Source of the DNA: Guillardia theta CCMP2712
Lineage: Eukaryota > Protista > Cryptophyta
Assembly: GCF_000315625.1 (NCBI RefSeq)
Contig: NW_005434663.1
Span: 587,882 to 651,881 of the forward strand
Reading direction: 5' to 3'
DNA length: 64,000 nt
Position 1 is the first letter of the stretch; the number at the start of each line of letters is the position of its first letter. Of the stretch, positions 1 to 12,275 are shown in pieces. The position numbers and the translations under genes were made by a program. Below the pieces are notes generated by a model. It searched no databases. It saw only the letters and a program-made list of their open reading frames with translations, and had not been told where the DNA came from.

Positions 1-2775
1 AGGGGGGGAAGGGTTGGTTCATCCACGAGAGCCTCAGAATTGTCAGCGTCTCCTCTGCGCTCTCCCTCTCCATCCTCCGCCCTCCCACTCACCTCGAGTA
101 CGGCAGCTCTTCCCTGTTCCTATCCCCCTCTTCGGACTCCCCTGTCCACTCCCCGACGTTTGACGGCTCTCCTCCTCTCTCCTTCTCCATCTTCCCCCTC
201 GTTCGAGGGGTCTCGATCGATCACCAGACCGGAGTCATCCGCGGCTCCCCCTTGGACGGCGAGCCCTTCAGCAACAGCAGGACGAGGAGCAGCCCGAAGA
301 GAGTCCACGTCCTACTCAGCAACCCGGTCGGCAGCGTCAGCAGAGAGATCATCCTCCATGTCATTGACAAGCCCTTCCTCTCCTCCTACACGGAGCCAGA
401 GGTCACCTGCGCCATCGGCATCCTACTCGACCTTCCCATCAAGACTGCCAGGGGCCACAGGCTCAGATTCTCCGTCTCTCCTCCTCTCCCTCCTGGAATT
501 CAGCTGGACAGCCGCACGGGGAGGGTGTTCGGAGCAGCGGAGGCTCCTTTGCGCAGGAGCTGCTTCCTTGTTCGGGCGGAGAACGAAGTCGGGGAGGCGT
601 CGACAAGCTTCTACCTCACCGTCATGGACCCGCCGCTTGCAAGGCAGAGGACGGGGAAGGGCCCCAACACGAGCAAGAAGGTCTCCAGCAAGAGAGCAGA
701 CGCTGCGAGTGGAAGGGCTGAGGCCAGGCAGGAAGGAGGCGGAGGGAGCAGGAGGATAGGAGGCAACAGCAGCCTGCTCGCTCCTGCACCTGCTTCCACT
801 ATCCCATATCTTCCTCCTCCTCAACAGCCTCTTCCCTCCCCTTCCTATCATCCTCATGCCCCTCGTTCGCTCAGATATCGCAGGATGAACAACCTTCTCT
901 TCTGCATGAACGAGCCCATCGCTCCTCTCCTCCCCGTCCTCCGCCACGGCCTCCCTCCCTTCTACTTCTCCGTCGCTCCTCCTCTTCCCCCTGGCATGCT
1001 TCTTGACCAGGAGCACGGGACGATCTCCGGGACCCCTGAGCAAGCGATTCCACTGATGGTCTATCAGGTGACACCATCCTTCCATGCTGCTCCTGCTCCT
1101 GCTCCTGCTCCCTGCTCCTGCTCCCTGCTCCTGCTCCCTGCTCCTGCTCCCTGCTCCTGCTCTTGCTCCGTATACCTTCCATCCATGTGTTTGCGCTATC
1201 CTTTATCTCTGCTCTTCCCCTTGCTCAGCTCCTCCTCATCTTCCCATCCCTGACCAGCTTCAGGTCACGGCAAAGAACAGTTTCGGCACCTGCTCGGCCG
1301 AGCTGGAGCTGGAGGTGCAAGAAAAGCCCTCGCCTCCCTCCTACTCTTCCTGTTACCTCTCCTTCGGCCTCCATCACTTCGCCGAGTACCCGCTGATCGC
1401 TCCCTCCTCGGGGACGCAGCCAGTCGAGATCCACGCGCTGAACGCGCTGCCCCCTGGGATCAGGCTGGAGAAAGACGGCAGGATATGCGGGACGGCGAGC
1501 GTGCTGATGGGGAGGAAAGAGGTTACGGTGGTTGCCTGCAACGCTGCAGGAACGAGCAAGACGAAGATTGAGATCGAGGTCGTGGAGCCCATCACCGACT
1601 TCAGTTACAGGAAGGGGACGAGGACGGGGGATAAGACGCTTTTCTCTTTCCTCTTCTCCTCCCCCTTCGACAGCGACACGCCCACGGTGGGAGGAGGGAC
1701 GGTAGAGGAGTTCCTGCTGCTTGGGGAGCTGCCGGAGGGGATCAGCCTCGACTCTCAGACAGGGAGGATGACGGGGCAAGCGTCGTTCCCGTCGGAAGGA
1801 GGAGAGGTGACGGAGCGGGAGGTCATCATCGTAGCAAGGAACAAGATCAGCGAGCAGCGGGTGCATGCTCGCTACGTCCCCGTCAGCTTCCTCCTCATCC
1901 GCGTCCTGGACCTCTTCACCGCTCGCCCCATCCCCCGCGTCTCGCTCCGCCTTACCTGCCTGTCGGTACAAGACTCCTCCTCCTCTTCCGTCGATCAGGG
2001 CAAGCAGGAGAAAGCTGCGGCTAGCGAGCTCGAAGACTCGGGCTGGCTGACCAGCAGCGCGCAAGGGCACTGCCGGCTGACAGCAAAAGCAGGACGACTG
2101 TACAAGTTGAATGTGGAGAAGTCAGGTCAGGAGGAGGTGGTGGAGGTAAAGGAAACAGAGAGGAGGAGGAGGAGGAGGAGGAGGAGGAGGCTCAGAATGG
2201 AGGTGGGGAGGAGGAGCAGGAGGAGGCTAAGAATGGAAGTGGGGAGGAGGAGCAGGAGGAGGATGTGGAGGTGGATGTGGTGGAGGAGTAGGAAGGGGGA
2301 ATAGGAGGTGAAGGAAGCAGGACGAGGAGGACGAGGAGGACGAGGAGGACGGGTGATTTTCTTGTTCCGTTTCAGGCCTCCAATTGGTGGCAATCGATCG
2401 ATCCGGAAGGAAATTGAAAGCCAGAGAATGTGGCGAGTACGATGATGTAAAGACGGAGGCATCAGCAGAGATGGTAATCAAAATGATCTTTCACCCTTAT
2501 CCTCCCATCTCCTCCTCCCATCTCCTCATTTCCTCTTCCTCCTCCCCTTCCCTCTTCTTTTCCTGTCCTGTACCGTCCTGCCCTGCCTTCTTCCATGCCC
2601 TGCCCTGTCCTCTCCCTTCCTCTTCTTCTCTTCTCTTCCCCCTCCCCTGTCCATCTGTCAACTCATCTTGTTCCACAACTGCACCTTGATGGACTGACAG
2701 GTCACGGACATGCAAGAAGTGCAATTGAGCTATCTGGTGCTGGATCATGTAGACACGGGAGTCTTTTGGATTCAA
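1..2775 (+). CDS. 5'-truncated multi-exon gene: at least 5 He_PIG (putative Ig) repeats, a transthyretin/carboxypeptidase-regulatory-like domain and the start of a YfaP/DUF2135-like domain
   Basis: Repeated motif: GVSIDHQTGVIRGSP, LPPGIQLDSRTGRVFG, LPPGMLLDQEHGTISGTP, LPPGIRLEKDGRICGT, LPEGISLDSQTGRMTG. Then IRVLDLFTARPIPRVSLRL...TSSAQGHCRL...YKLNVEKSG. Further exons 2377-2472 (LVAIDRSG...YDDVKTEASAEM) and 2701-2775, bounded by GT-AG. Confidence 0.75.
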
Positions 2776-2877
2776 GTGAGATATTGCGATGCGATGAGAC
2801 ACTGTGAAGAAAGAACGAAAGACTTGCAACGTGTTTGTTTTTGACTTGCTCTTTGTGATTGTTCCTTTCTAAAGAAC

Positions 2878-2879
2878 GG

Positions 2880-2931
<52 letters not shown>

Positions 2932-2956
2932 GAGGTTGAGGTTGTTGAGGTTGAGG

Positions 2957-2988
<32 letters not shown>

Positions 2989-3090
2989 GGCTGTGGTGGT
3001 AAATTTGTGGTATTGAAGATGATGATTTTCATGTCGATGATTACGATGATCATAAAAGACGATCAGAAACGATGACGATAATGACGATGA

Positions 3091-3131
<41 letters not shown>

Positions 3132-3199
3132 CGATGAGATGATGATGATGATGATGATGATGATGACGACGACGACGACGACGATGACGATGATGATGA
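2878..3199. repeat. (GTT)n and (GAT/GAC)n microsatellites next to an assembly gap
   Basis: Trinucleotide runs visible directly. Confidence 0.95.
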
Positions 3200-3299
3200 N
3201 NNNNNNNNNNNNNNNNNNNNNNNNNNNNNNNNNNNNNNNNNNNNNNNNNNNNNNNNNNNNNNNNNNNNNNNNNNNNNNNNNNNNNNNNNNNNNNNNNNN
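3200..3299. other. Assembly gap of 100 N; others at 11201-11300, 19096-19195 and 20925-21024
   Basis: Runs of n. Confidence 0.99.
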
Positions 3300-3485
3300 C
3301 AGGAAGAGCAAAAAAGACCAAAAACAAAAAAAAAAAGAAAAAAAACCAACTCCCACCCAAGACGCAGGGGCGATCTTCCTGTATTATTTTTTTACCTCCT
3401 CCTGCCTTCCTCCTCCTCCTCCTCCTCCTCCTCCTCCCTCACCTCCTCCTCTTCCCTCCCCTCCTCCTCCTCCCTCGCCATCCCA

Positions 3486-6400
3486 GTCGACAGGCGGAAC
3501 GCGCAGGAGAACTGGTTGGTGGGGGTGATCGACGGGGAGAACGGCATGTTTGTCAAGTTTGCAGCAGAGGATCACTTCGTCCTCGACGCGTTTGTCCTCA
3601 TGCTTCACAGCCAGTGGAAGAAAAGCCTTGAGATCCTCCTCAGCAGCAAGGTCCTTGAACCCCCCGCTCCCCCCCCTGACGTTCTCATCCCCTCCTCCCC
3701 TTGATGTCTCCTCAACCTCCCCTCCCCCTCCGCCCCTCCCTTCCTCCTCCTCCTCCTCCTCCTCTCCCTCCATCACCTCCTCCTGAAGTCCTCTCCTCCT
3801 CCTCCTCCTGAAGTCCCCTCCCCTTCTTCCTCCTGAACTTCCTTCGTCCTCTCCCTTACGTTTCCCACCTCCATAACCTCCTCCTCCCTCTGACGTTTTT
3901 TCCCGCAGCCCCTCTTCCTCGATCACTTCCTCTACCTGGAGAAGGAGGAGACAATCCAGCAGCTGAGGCTGATCATCGCGTCTGCCGACGAAGTGTACGC
4001 GCGAGCTAGGAAGGAGATGGAGCGCAAGATAAAGGACGCCCTCTCCCTCCTCGAGGAGGCCTCCTCCCTCTACGCGTCTGCGGGAGCTCTCTCGTCCTCC
4101 GGCACGGTCTTCTCCCAGTGCGGCAGGGAGTTCGAGGACAGGCTTCCCCTCGTCACGCAGTTCCAGCTCGACGCGTCCAGCACGATCGCCGAGCTCCGCT
4201 CCTCCTGCCTTTCCTCCCTCTCCCTTGCCGCTGACAACTATCGCGCCTACCAGCTCCAGGAGGTGCTCCCTGTGCTGGAGAAGGTGAGGAACGCGGTGGA
4301 GCGGCTGGAGGGGCTGGAGGAGGGGAATGAAGTGAAGGAAAAGGAGGAAGAGCTTGTCCTGCTGTACGAGAGCGCGATGGATCGGGAGAAGCTTCAGAGG
4401 ATGCACCTGGACAAGGCTCAGCTCGCCCTTGCCAAGTCCAACGCAGTGGACGGGAGGACGGCATGGAGGAAGGTGAAAAAGCTGGTGGAGGAGGATGTCG
4501 CTGCGCTCGATCTTCAAGTTCAGCACCCCCTCCTCCCAGAGCTGGAAGACCTCGATGTTGTCATCGTGCGGACGGCGGAGGAGCAGCGGGCGCGAGGGGA
4601 GGAGCTGCTGCAGGAAGCGGAGGAGCAGCTGAGAGGAGGAGATCCCTTTACCTCTCGTGCCACCCTGACGGAGGCGACCGAGTTCTTCGGACGGGCAGGG
4701 CATGACGACGGGGGAGCGAGCGAGCGGCTGAGGGTGGAGGTCAAGGAGGCGATGATGAACATCATGCAAGGGGAGAAGCTACTGTCGGGGGCGCAGGAGC
4801 TGTTCAACAGGAACAGGATCAGGGAGAGCAGGGAGCGGTTAGTGGCCGCCGTCCTCAAGTTCAGGGAAGCTGGGGTGCACAGGGTCGAGAGCCCGAGCAA
4901 CAAGCTGGTCGAGATCGAGAAGCTGGAGCTGGGGATCGAGACCGTGTCTGACAGGCTGCAGGAGGAGGCGAGCTCTCGTCTGGAGCAGGGGGTGCTCTTC
5001 CTGATGATGAGGAGGCTGCAGGAGGCGCAGCAAGCTCATGACCATGCTCGCGCGTCCCTGTCGATCATCTCATCCTCTAAGAACTTCCCGCAGCTGGACT
5101 CCCTGCAGAGGGAGATTGAGGAGGAGTTCAGGAGGGTGACGGAGAGCGTGCAAGCCCGGGTGTCCTCCTGCTACCTCCTCGCCACGGAGGGGAGGGCGCA
5201 GACGGCGTTGGAGCTCATCAAGGAGGCGAGGTACCTCCTCCCGGCCCTGGCGCTCAGGCGGCAGGTGCTGGCGAAAATGCAGCAGATGGTTGGGGAGTGC
5301 GAGACCAACATGCTCGACTGCGAGCAGAAGATGAGGAGCATAACGATGATGATCGGACAGGCAGAGAGGGGGATAGCGAGGAAGCATTCCATGCGGGAGA
5401 GCATCGGAAGGATCATGGTTGTCTTCAAGGAGGCGTTCCCTGCCTTCCCCTGCGGGGAGCTCCCTTCCCCCCCCGATCCTATCCCCTTTCCCTGCACCTC
5501 CCAAGAGGACAAGCGCGATCCCGTGGTCGAGCGCCGAGGAGAGGAGGAGGGGAGGAGTCAGAGCCCGAAGGGGGAGGAGGAGGAGAAGCTGGAAGCAGGA
5601 CACCCATCAGCGCTCCTCCTCTGGCAGGGCATCGCCGCCACCATGAACATGGAGATCCGCTTCCTCGCTGAGAGCTGCGCAGCATGCGACGAGCTCCTCC
5701 TCACAGCCGAGCAGCGGCTGCAGCTCGGGGAGCTGGAGGAGAGCGAGCAGGTGCTGGAGGAAGCGGCCCGGCTGGTCCAGCATGAGAGGATGACGGAGAA
5801 GACGGCGGAGGAGAGGAGGAGATACATCTCAGGGCTGCGGGCGAAGCTGCTGACCTCGCGCTCTCTCTTGGCTACGGCAGAGCTCTGGCTCGCAGAGGGC
5901 AGGAGAGCGGCGAAGAACTTTGAGGTGGCGCGTGCCAGGATGTACCTGTCCTCCTCCATGTCGACCTTCGCCAAGATCGGCTGCCTCGCACGGGCTGAGC
6001 AGGTCGAAGGGCTGCTCTCGAGCCTGGACGAGGTCGCGCTCAAGGGCGCGAGGGACGCAGAGGAGGAGGAGAGGCTTGCGGTCCTCTTCTGCAGGAGCAA
6101 GGACCTTCCCTCTGCCGCCCATCATATCAAGCGTGCAAGGAGCATCCTCGACTCCCTCGGCCTGCACATCAGCCCCGTCCTCCTCTCCCTCGAGGAGGAG
6201 GTGGCGCGAACTACCAGCATGCGCCTCCAGCTCGAAAAGGCCAAGCCCCGGGAGCTCTCGTACCCCCTCCCCGACCTCAGCGCTGCTGCTGGAGAGCTGC
6301 TCGAGTCCTTCCCGCCCCTCCTCAACGGGCTGGACCTGTCGGCCGCCTGCTTCGACCTCTCGCGCCCCTTCCTCTTCTCTTGCCTTCCTTCCCTCCCTGA

Positions 6401-7043
6401 CGGCCTTCAGCTTGACCCCAGCAGCGGCTCCATAGCCGGAACCTGCCTGACTCCCTCGCACGGGGTGTACAAGATCGTGTGCACCTGCAAGCTGGGAACA
6501 GCCAGCGCGCAGCTGAGGGTCACGATCAGCAGCCTCCCAGCTCTATCAGAGGAGGAGGAGGAGGCGAGAGGGAGGGCTAGCTCCCTCGCTCACGCCTACA
6601 AGTTAGCGACCAGCCGTGTCCTCGTCTGCAGGAGGAGGCTCAGCGAAATCCGCAAGCGAGGGCGCGTGCTTCCTCTAGGGAAGCTCCAAAGGCAGGCGGA
6701 AGAGGCAGAAGGCATGACGGCCATCACGGGCGACGTGGAGCATGTGTTGTGGGCGAGGGAGGAGGCTTCTGCCACCAGGAAGAGGTTGAACCACTTTGAG
6801 AAGCTGCAACGGGAGAAGGAGGAAGCAGCGAAAGAGCTTGAGGAGGCACAGGTTGCCAAGTTTCCTCCCTCCCTCCCTCCCTACTCCCTCCTTCCTTAAA
6901 CCCTAAGTTGCTGCTCCCCTTCTTGCTCTCCTTACTTCTCCTGCATGCTCCTGATCGTTCCGCAGGCTCAAGCACGAGAGCTGGAGCTGAAGCTTCGAGA
7001 GGAAAACCAGAACCTCGCGAGGAGCGGAGGGAGGAGGATGTAA
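3486..7043 (+). CDS. Long helical/TPR-like coiled-coil region with one more He_PIG repeat; probably the 3' part of the gene at 1-2775 across the gap
   Basis: Exon from 3486 (ENWLVGVIDGENGMFVKF), then a large exon ~3909-6851 (968-aa ORF) of amphipathic helical repeats containing LPDGLQLDPSSGSIAGT. Last exon 6966-7043 reads AQARELELKL...GGRRM*. Confidence 0.75.
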
Positions 7044-7147
7044 ATTATTCTTCTGTACATTGATGCTAACCATATGATATCGCTCACTTCCCCCTTCCCC
7101 CCCCTTCTCACCCCCTCGTCCTCTCAATTACGCTTCCTGCCTCTCCT

Positions 7148-8356
7148 TCACTGGAGATGTTCCTCAGAAAATTGTTGCCAGGACGCCCACTGCACATCAT
7201 CGTCAATCCAAGGAGGATTAAACCTAAGGGTGGGATAGAGGAGAAGGGTAGGAGGAGGAGGAGGAGGAGGAGGAAGAGAAGTGGTGGAGGAGGAAGAGGA
7301 GGTGGGGGAGGAAGAGAAGTGGTGGTGGAGGAAGAGGAGGTGGGGGAGGGGGAGAATAGTACCTCCTGCTGCTGCATCAGGTAGTTCAGCGCGTACACCT
7401 GAGCTCTCCGTCTTTGCACATCTTCATCCATCATCCTCTTCATCTCGATCTTCTCCGACCTCCGCTTGTCAAGCTGCTCCTTCTCAGCCTGCTGCCTCTC
7501 CTGCTCCTGCACCTTCCTCAACGCTATCCTCTGTAATGCCTTCTGCCGTTCGAGCTCTACATCCACCTGTATCCCCTTCCTCTGCGCTCCTTGATCGCTG
7601 CTGCTGCTGCTGCTGCTGAAGACGATGGTCGACTGCCTCCTCGTCCTATCTCGGATGACATCTGTAGACGGCGCCTTGGAGATCGGCATGCAGTCGATAG
7701 AGAAACCCTTGGCATCGACGTCACCTGCCGTCCTCCTGCCTTGCCCGAAGTTCTGGTTATGATCCTGACTTCGCCCGTATTCCAACACCTCCTTCAGCTT
7801 CGCCACCTTGAACCCGACATTCTTCCTCCCGCTGCCCTGCTCCTGCTGTGCAGTGGCTGGGAGCACCTTCGAGTCTGAGCTTTGCGCGCGTTCAGACAGC
7901 GAGTCAGTCAGCCTCAGCACTTTCCTCTGGTTCTGCATGGAGCTTGACCTCACCATCGCGGTGGGATGCCATGTTTCCTGCCCTGGAAACTTTGCCTGGG
8001 GCCTCCCAACAGCCCTCAGTCCAGATATCATCAAGTGAAGCGCGTCTTCCGGCATGTTCCCTGCGGTGGCGAACCTCCAGACAGGCAAGATGGGATGTGC
8101 AGACCTGGATCCTTCACGCTATGGACGCCATCTCCTCACGTTGATCTTCTTCCCATGGCATACTTCACCATGAACACCTTCCTCCTCGTCATCGTCGCCG
8201 CTCTCCTCTGCCTCCCTCGGAAGCAGCCCACCATACTGCTCAACGGACGAAGGCTGAGCGGGGATGTGGTTACAAGACAGCAAAATGCAACATCACAAGG
8301 CAGCTATTGGTAAATTGCTGCCCCAACAGGGAAACATGGTGAACGGGTCGCACCAT
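7148..8356 (-). CDS. Coiled-coil protein with a C-terminal SVBP/CCDC23-like motif
   Basis: Removing the GT-AG intron 7362..7190 gives the C-terminus ...DVQRRRAQVYALNYLMQQQE|WASWQQFSEEHLQ*. The 5' exon structure and start codon are approximate. Confidence 0.65.
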
Positions 8357-8406
8357 GAACTCGATGGAGAGGAGGGAAGAGGGAGGGATGAGGAAGGGGA
8401 GGCGAA

Positions 8407-8575
8407 GGTAGACAGGTAGACAGGCAGGTAGACAGGCAGGTAGACAGGCAGGCAGGTAGACAGGCAGGTAGACAGGGAGGTAGACAGACAGGTAGACAGG
8501 CAGGTAGACAGACAGGTAGACAGGCAGGTAGACAGACAGGTAGACAGGCAAGTAGACAGGCGAGTAGACAGACAG
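8407..8575. repeat. 12-bp tandem repeat (GGTAGACAGGCA/GGTAGACAGACA)
   Basis: About 13 visible units between divergent genes. It produces the spurious VYLP/STCL ORFs. Confidence 0.95.
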
Positions 8576-8700
8576 GGTTGGCAAGGGAAGGGGGGAGGGA
8601 TCACGCCGGAGAACAAAGAGACGGTGTGAGGGGGCGTGGAGCGGCGGAGGAAGGGAGAGGGCGAAGGAGAGAAACTTGGTGAAGGTTACCAGTCGAGGTC

Positions 8701-10870
8701 ATGCCCTTGAGCCTTCTCCTTGCACTGGCTGTGCTGGCTGCGTGCCTGCCGGGGGTCGAGAACCGAGGGCAGAGCTATCTCGATGTTGCTCTGCAGTGGT
8801 CAAGTCCGGCAAGAATGGCTGGTTCAAGATCGCAGGCCGCGTTTGTGCCCTCCTTGGTCCCTCCTGGCTCTGCCATGCGTCGAGAAGCAGCTTGCAGAGT
8901 CCATGGGAGGGTCACTGTGCAAGCCAGAAGAAAGAAGAGCGAGATCCCGTCGATGCCCGAGGAGCAACTCGACAACTCCACTGCGAGCAAGAAGTCGGGC
9001 AAGAAGCAGGAAAACCCTATCCTCGGTGAGTTCGTAGCCAAGGCGTACGTCCTCCTCCGTGAGGCTGGCGGCAAGGTGAGCCGAAATTCGGCTTGTGAGT
9101 TCGCTCATGGTAATGTAGCTGGAGTCGACCAAGTTTCAGAAGCGATGGCTGTACAACTACCCGACCGACAGCCTTGAGAGGTACGAGGCCGTCAGTTGCT
9201 GAGGAGATTTTCCTTGAGCCCTCTTCAGATACAAGAACGGAAAGAAGATCTCTCTCCGGCAGGTCAGTCCAGTCCTCCTCCTCTCTCTCCTCCTCCTCCT
9301 CCTCCTCCTCCTCCTCCTCCTCCTTGACGCGCTGGCGCAGCTGATGATGCAGTGCGGCGACATCTTTGCGGTGGAGGACGTGCCCAACTCTCGCACGAAG
9401 CTCTTCGTAAGCCTGCTGTTCCCGCCCTCAAGAGCGGCTGACCGCGTCCTCCAAGTGCATCAACGAGCGGAGCCAGGCGCCAGCTGAGAGCAAGAAGTCC
9501 AAGAGGAAGAAGACGTCCCAGCAGGGCCCCGAGGGCGAGTTCACCTGGGTCTCAACGGATGTCAACTGGGCGGAATCGCCGTTTGTAGGGAAGAATCGAG
9601 TGAGACCTTGAGCGATGACGATCGACCCGTCAAGGATGATCGTGTGTGCCAGGTTGATATCCTGCGGGAGTCGGAGCTGAACAAAACCTCTGCTGATCAC
9701 GCAAGGTGACTTGTCGTGCGGAGGCGCTGGGCCGTTTTGAGTGTTGCCCAGGGCGATGCTGAACGGGATGAGGGACGCGCTCTTGCGGGAAGCCGATGGA
9801 GACTTGTGGGGCCGTGAGAGATGCAGGAGGAGGAGATGTTGACATCTGCCTTGTTTTCCTACAGCTACAGCGTGATCGACGATTTCACGGACGAGTCGGA
9901 GGAGACCATCGTAGGGCCTTGCTGCGAGCTGTTCGTAGGGGACGACGCGTATGCGGCGAACGTGATTATGAGCCCTGAGGGGGGTGGGGAGGGGAGATGT
10001 TGGCTGACCTTGAGGACCGCTCCCAGGTGAAGAAGAGCCTGGAGCTGATGGAGCAGTTCAAGAGCCTCGGGCTGACCTTCGGCAACGTCATCACCTACAA
10101 CGCCCTCCTGGAGTCTTGTGCTCTTGCTGCTCGAGACGAGAGCCATGTGTTCGCTGCGACGGCGCTGTCGGTGATTGCAGTCTACCAGGGAAGGAGGGGG
10201 GAGGATGGTGATCTTGGCCAGGTGCTCGATATGATGCGGGAGAACGGAGTGCGGCCGAATGCTGCGACTTATATAGCAAGTGAGTGCCATGAAAACACCG
10301 CTGCTGCCACTTACACGATCTCCCTCCCTTCCTCCCTTCCTCCCTTCCTCCCTTCCTCCCTCCCTCCCTCTCCCTTTGTTCTCCTCCCCTTCTCCTCCAT
10401 TCCCTTAGCCATCAAGGCTTGTGCGAAATCAGGAAGTGGGTTGACCAGCGGCATCTTCAAGGCATTTTCAGTCTTCCAGGTTGATTTCGATCCTCCTCTC
10501 CCATCTTCACACGCCCGCAGGAGATGCAAGATGCTGGCTTCGAACCAGACGAAGATCTCCTCAACTTCATGCTCGACACTTGTATCAAGGTGTCGCTCTG
10601 GTCGCTATCCTGCTCCTCACTGATGGCACCGGCGAAGGAAACTCAGCACAGCAACGGGCTTGCGGTCGAGAAAGGTCTCAAGGTGTTGGAGCTCATGCGA
10701 GAGGTACTGGAAGACTGGGTAGTTGCCATGTCTCACGTTCCTTGCAGATTCCCATCATGCCTGACCCCAGCCGGTTTGTGAACCTCGAGGAGGAGGCGGA
10801 GGATGAGGCGGAGGAGGAGGAGGAGGAGGAGGAGGAGGAGGAGGAGGAGGAGGAGGAGGAGGAGGAGTAG
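8701..10870 (+). CDS. Pentatricopeptide-repeat (PPR) protein with signal peptide and N-terminal LOTUS/OST-HTH-like domain; probably plastid-targeted
   Basis: Hydrophobic N-terminus MPLSLLLALAVLAACLPG, later QAAFVPS. PPR motifs: NVITYNALLESCA, VLDMMRENGVRPNAATY..AIKACAK, MQDAGFEPDEDLLNFMLDTCIK. About 12 exons; the poly-E tail ends at TAG 10868-10870. Confidence 0.8.
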
Positions 10871-11300
10871 GAGGAGGAGGAGGAGGAGGAGGAGGTAGGA
10901 GGAGGAGGAGGAGGAGGAGGAAGAACAAGATCGTGAGAATGCCCACCCGCTATGGGGAGGGGCGGGGCGGGGATGGACTCTTTCATGAGTAGAACGCCGA
11001 CGAAAGGTTCGAAATCCATCTGTTCAGTCCACGTGCATCTGTCGTTCCTACACAAGATGTGACAATGATCCTAATCGTGATGGTGTCACAGGCATTACTG
11101 CTCCTATGGCACCCCCTTGAATTGCAAAGACAGACCAGCTGTTAGCTCGTTCCCACTCATCGCATCCGAGGGATGATACATTACGTGAAGTTGATTGAGC
11201 NNNNNNNNNNNNNNNNNNNNNNNNNNNNNNNNNNNNNNNNNNNNNNNNNNNNNNNNNNNNNNNNNNNNNNNNNNNNNNNNNNNNNNNNNNNNNNNNNNNN

Positions 11301-11900
11301 AAGTCGCCTATAATGGCTTCTTATGTAACGATTCTGTTTCCACTCCCTGGTCTCTAACAACCACGTCGAACTATCTGGGATGACACTCAACTTGTCCTTA
11401 CGTAGGTGTATTACTTGTTTAAAGTATGCATCGGCTCACAGATGTCTTTGCAGTCAGTTGGATCCATAAGTTCTCTGACGATCAGGCCAGGGATTTTACG
11501 GTAACGAGATCCTTGAAACGGCACAGAGCTCACTGGGATACTCTCCAAACATGTGTTTGGGGACCTAGGTACTATAATCAACTCAGCACTGAAGGAGATT
11601 CTTATCCAGGAGGAGGAGGAGTTGGAGGAGGAGGTGGAGGAGGAGGAGGAGGAAGATCGGGATAATGGCCAGCCGCGATGGGGAGGGAAGGGGGGGGGAT
11701 GGGTGGTTGCGAGAGTTGGAGGCGGAGGAGGGCAAGATTCAACTTGTTTCAGGTGTCTGGCGTTTATCTCTTCCATTCCGGAGGAGAGCGAGTGGTGCAA
11801 CTGGTGTCGGGGCAAAGGTGAGAGATATTCGACACATTCCCAAGTGAAGTGAAGGTGTGTGCAGTCGTAGAGCTCATGGAGGAAGCTGGTTTGGACTACA
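11301..11900 (-). CDS. Hypothetical multi-exon protein fragment running into a gap
   Basis: GT-AG joins give ...LHELYDCTHLHFTWECVEYL...HLKQ|VPKHMFGEYP|KNLWIQLTAKTS|DKLSVIPDSSTWLLETREWKQNRY. No family recognised. Confidence 0.4.
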
Positions 11901-12275
11901 ACTACATCCGAGAGGTGAAGTGAGCGCGGCTGGTGCGGCGTGTAAAGGCCTTCCAGGGCATGGAAATCGCGAGGAAAGAGAAGCGTGAATGATCGTTTTA
12001 CCATTGCTCTGATTCGAAGGCACATAAAAATCAGGCGATCAGGTCAGCTACAATCTCCGATTCTACAATTAAATCTTCCTATGGTTATAAAGCTCGACTT
12101 CCAAATCCTTCTGATTCATGTTGAGCGTCGAGGCATCCTGTTTCCTTCAAACTGAATGCGACTACTCGTTTGCATGCCATGGTACTGAAACTGCAAAACT
12201 CATTGCAGCAATCCAGCGAAGCAGTGCTTGAAATCGACGTCACTCTTGGTTTGTTTCCAGGGTAATGAGTTGAGC

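Noticed and set aside
3500-3570. SH3-like WLVGVIDGENGMF
   Set aside because: Lacks the ALYDY start and PxNY end; fits better as the end of the YfaP-like domain.
8270-8616. VYLP/STCL repeat proteins
   Set aside because: These are translations of a 12-bp tandem repeat.
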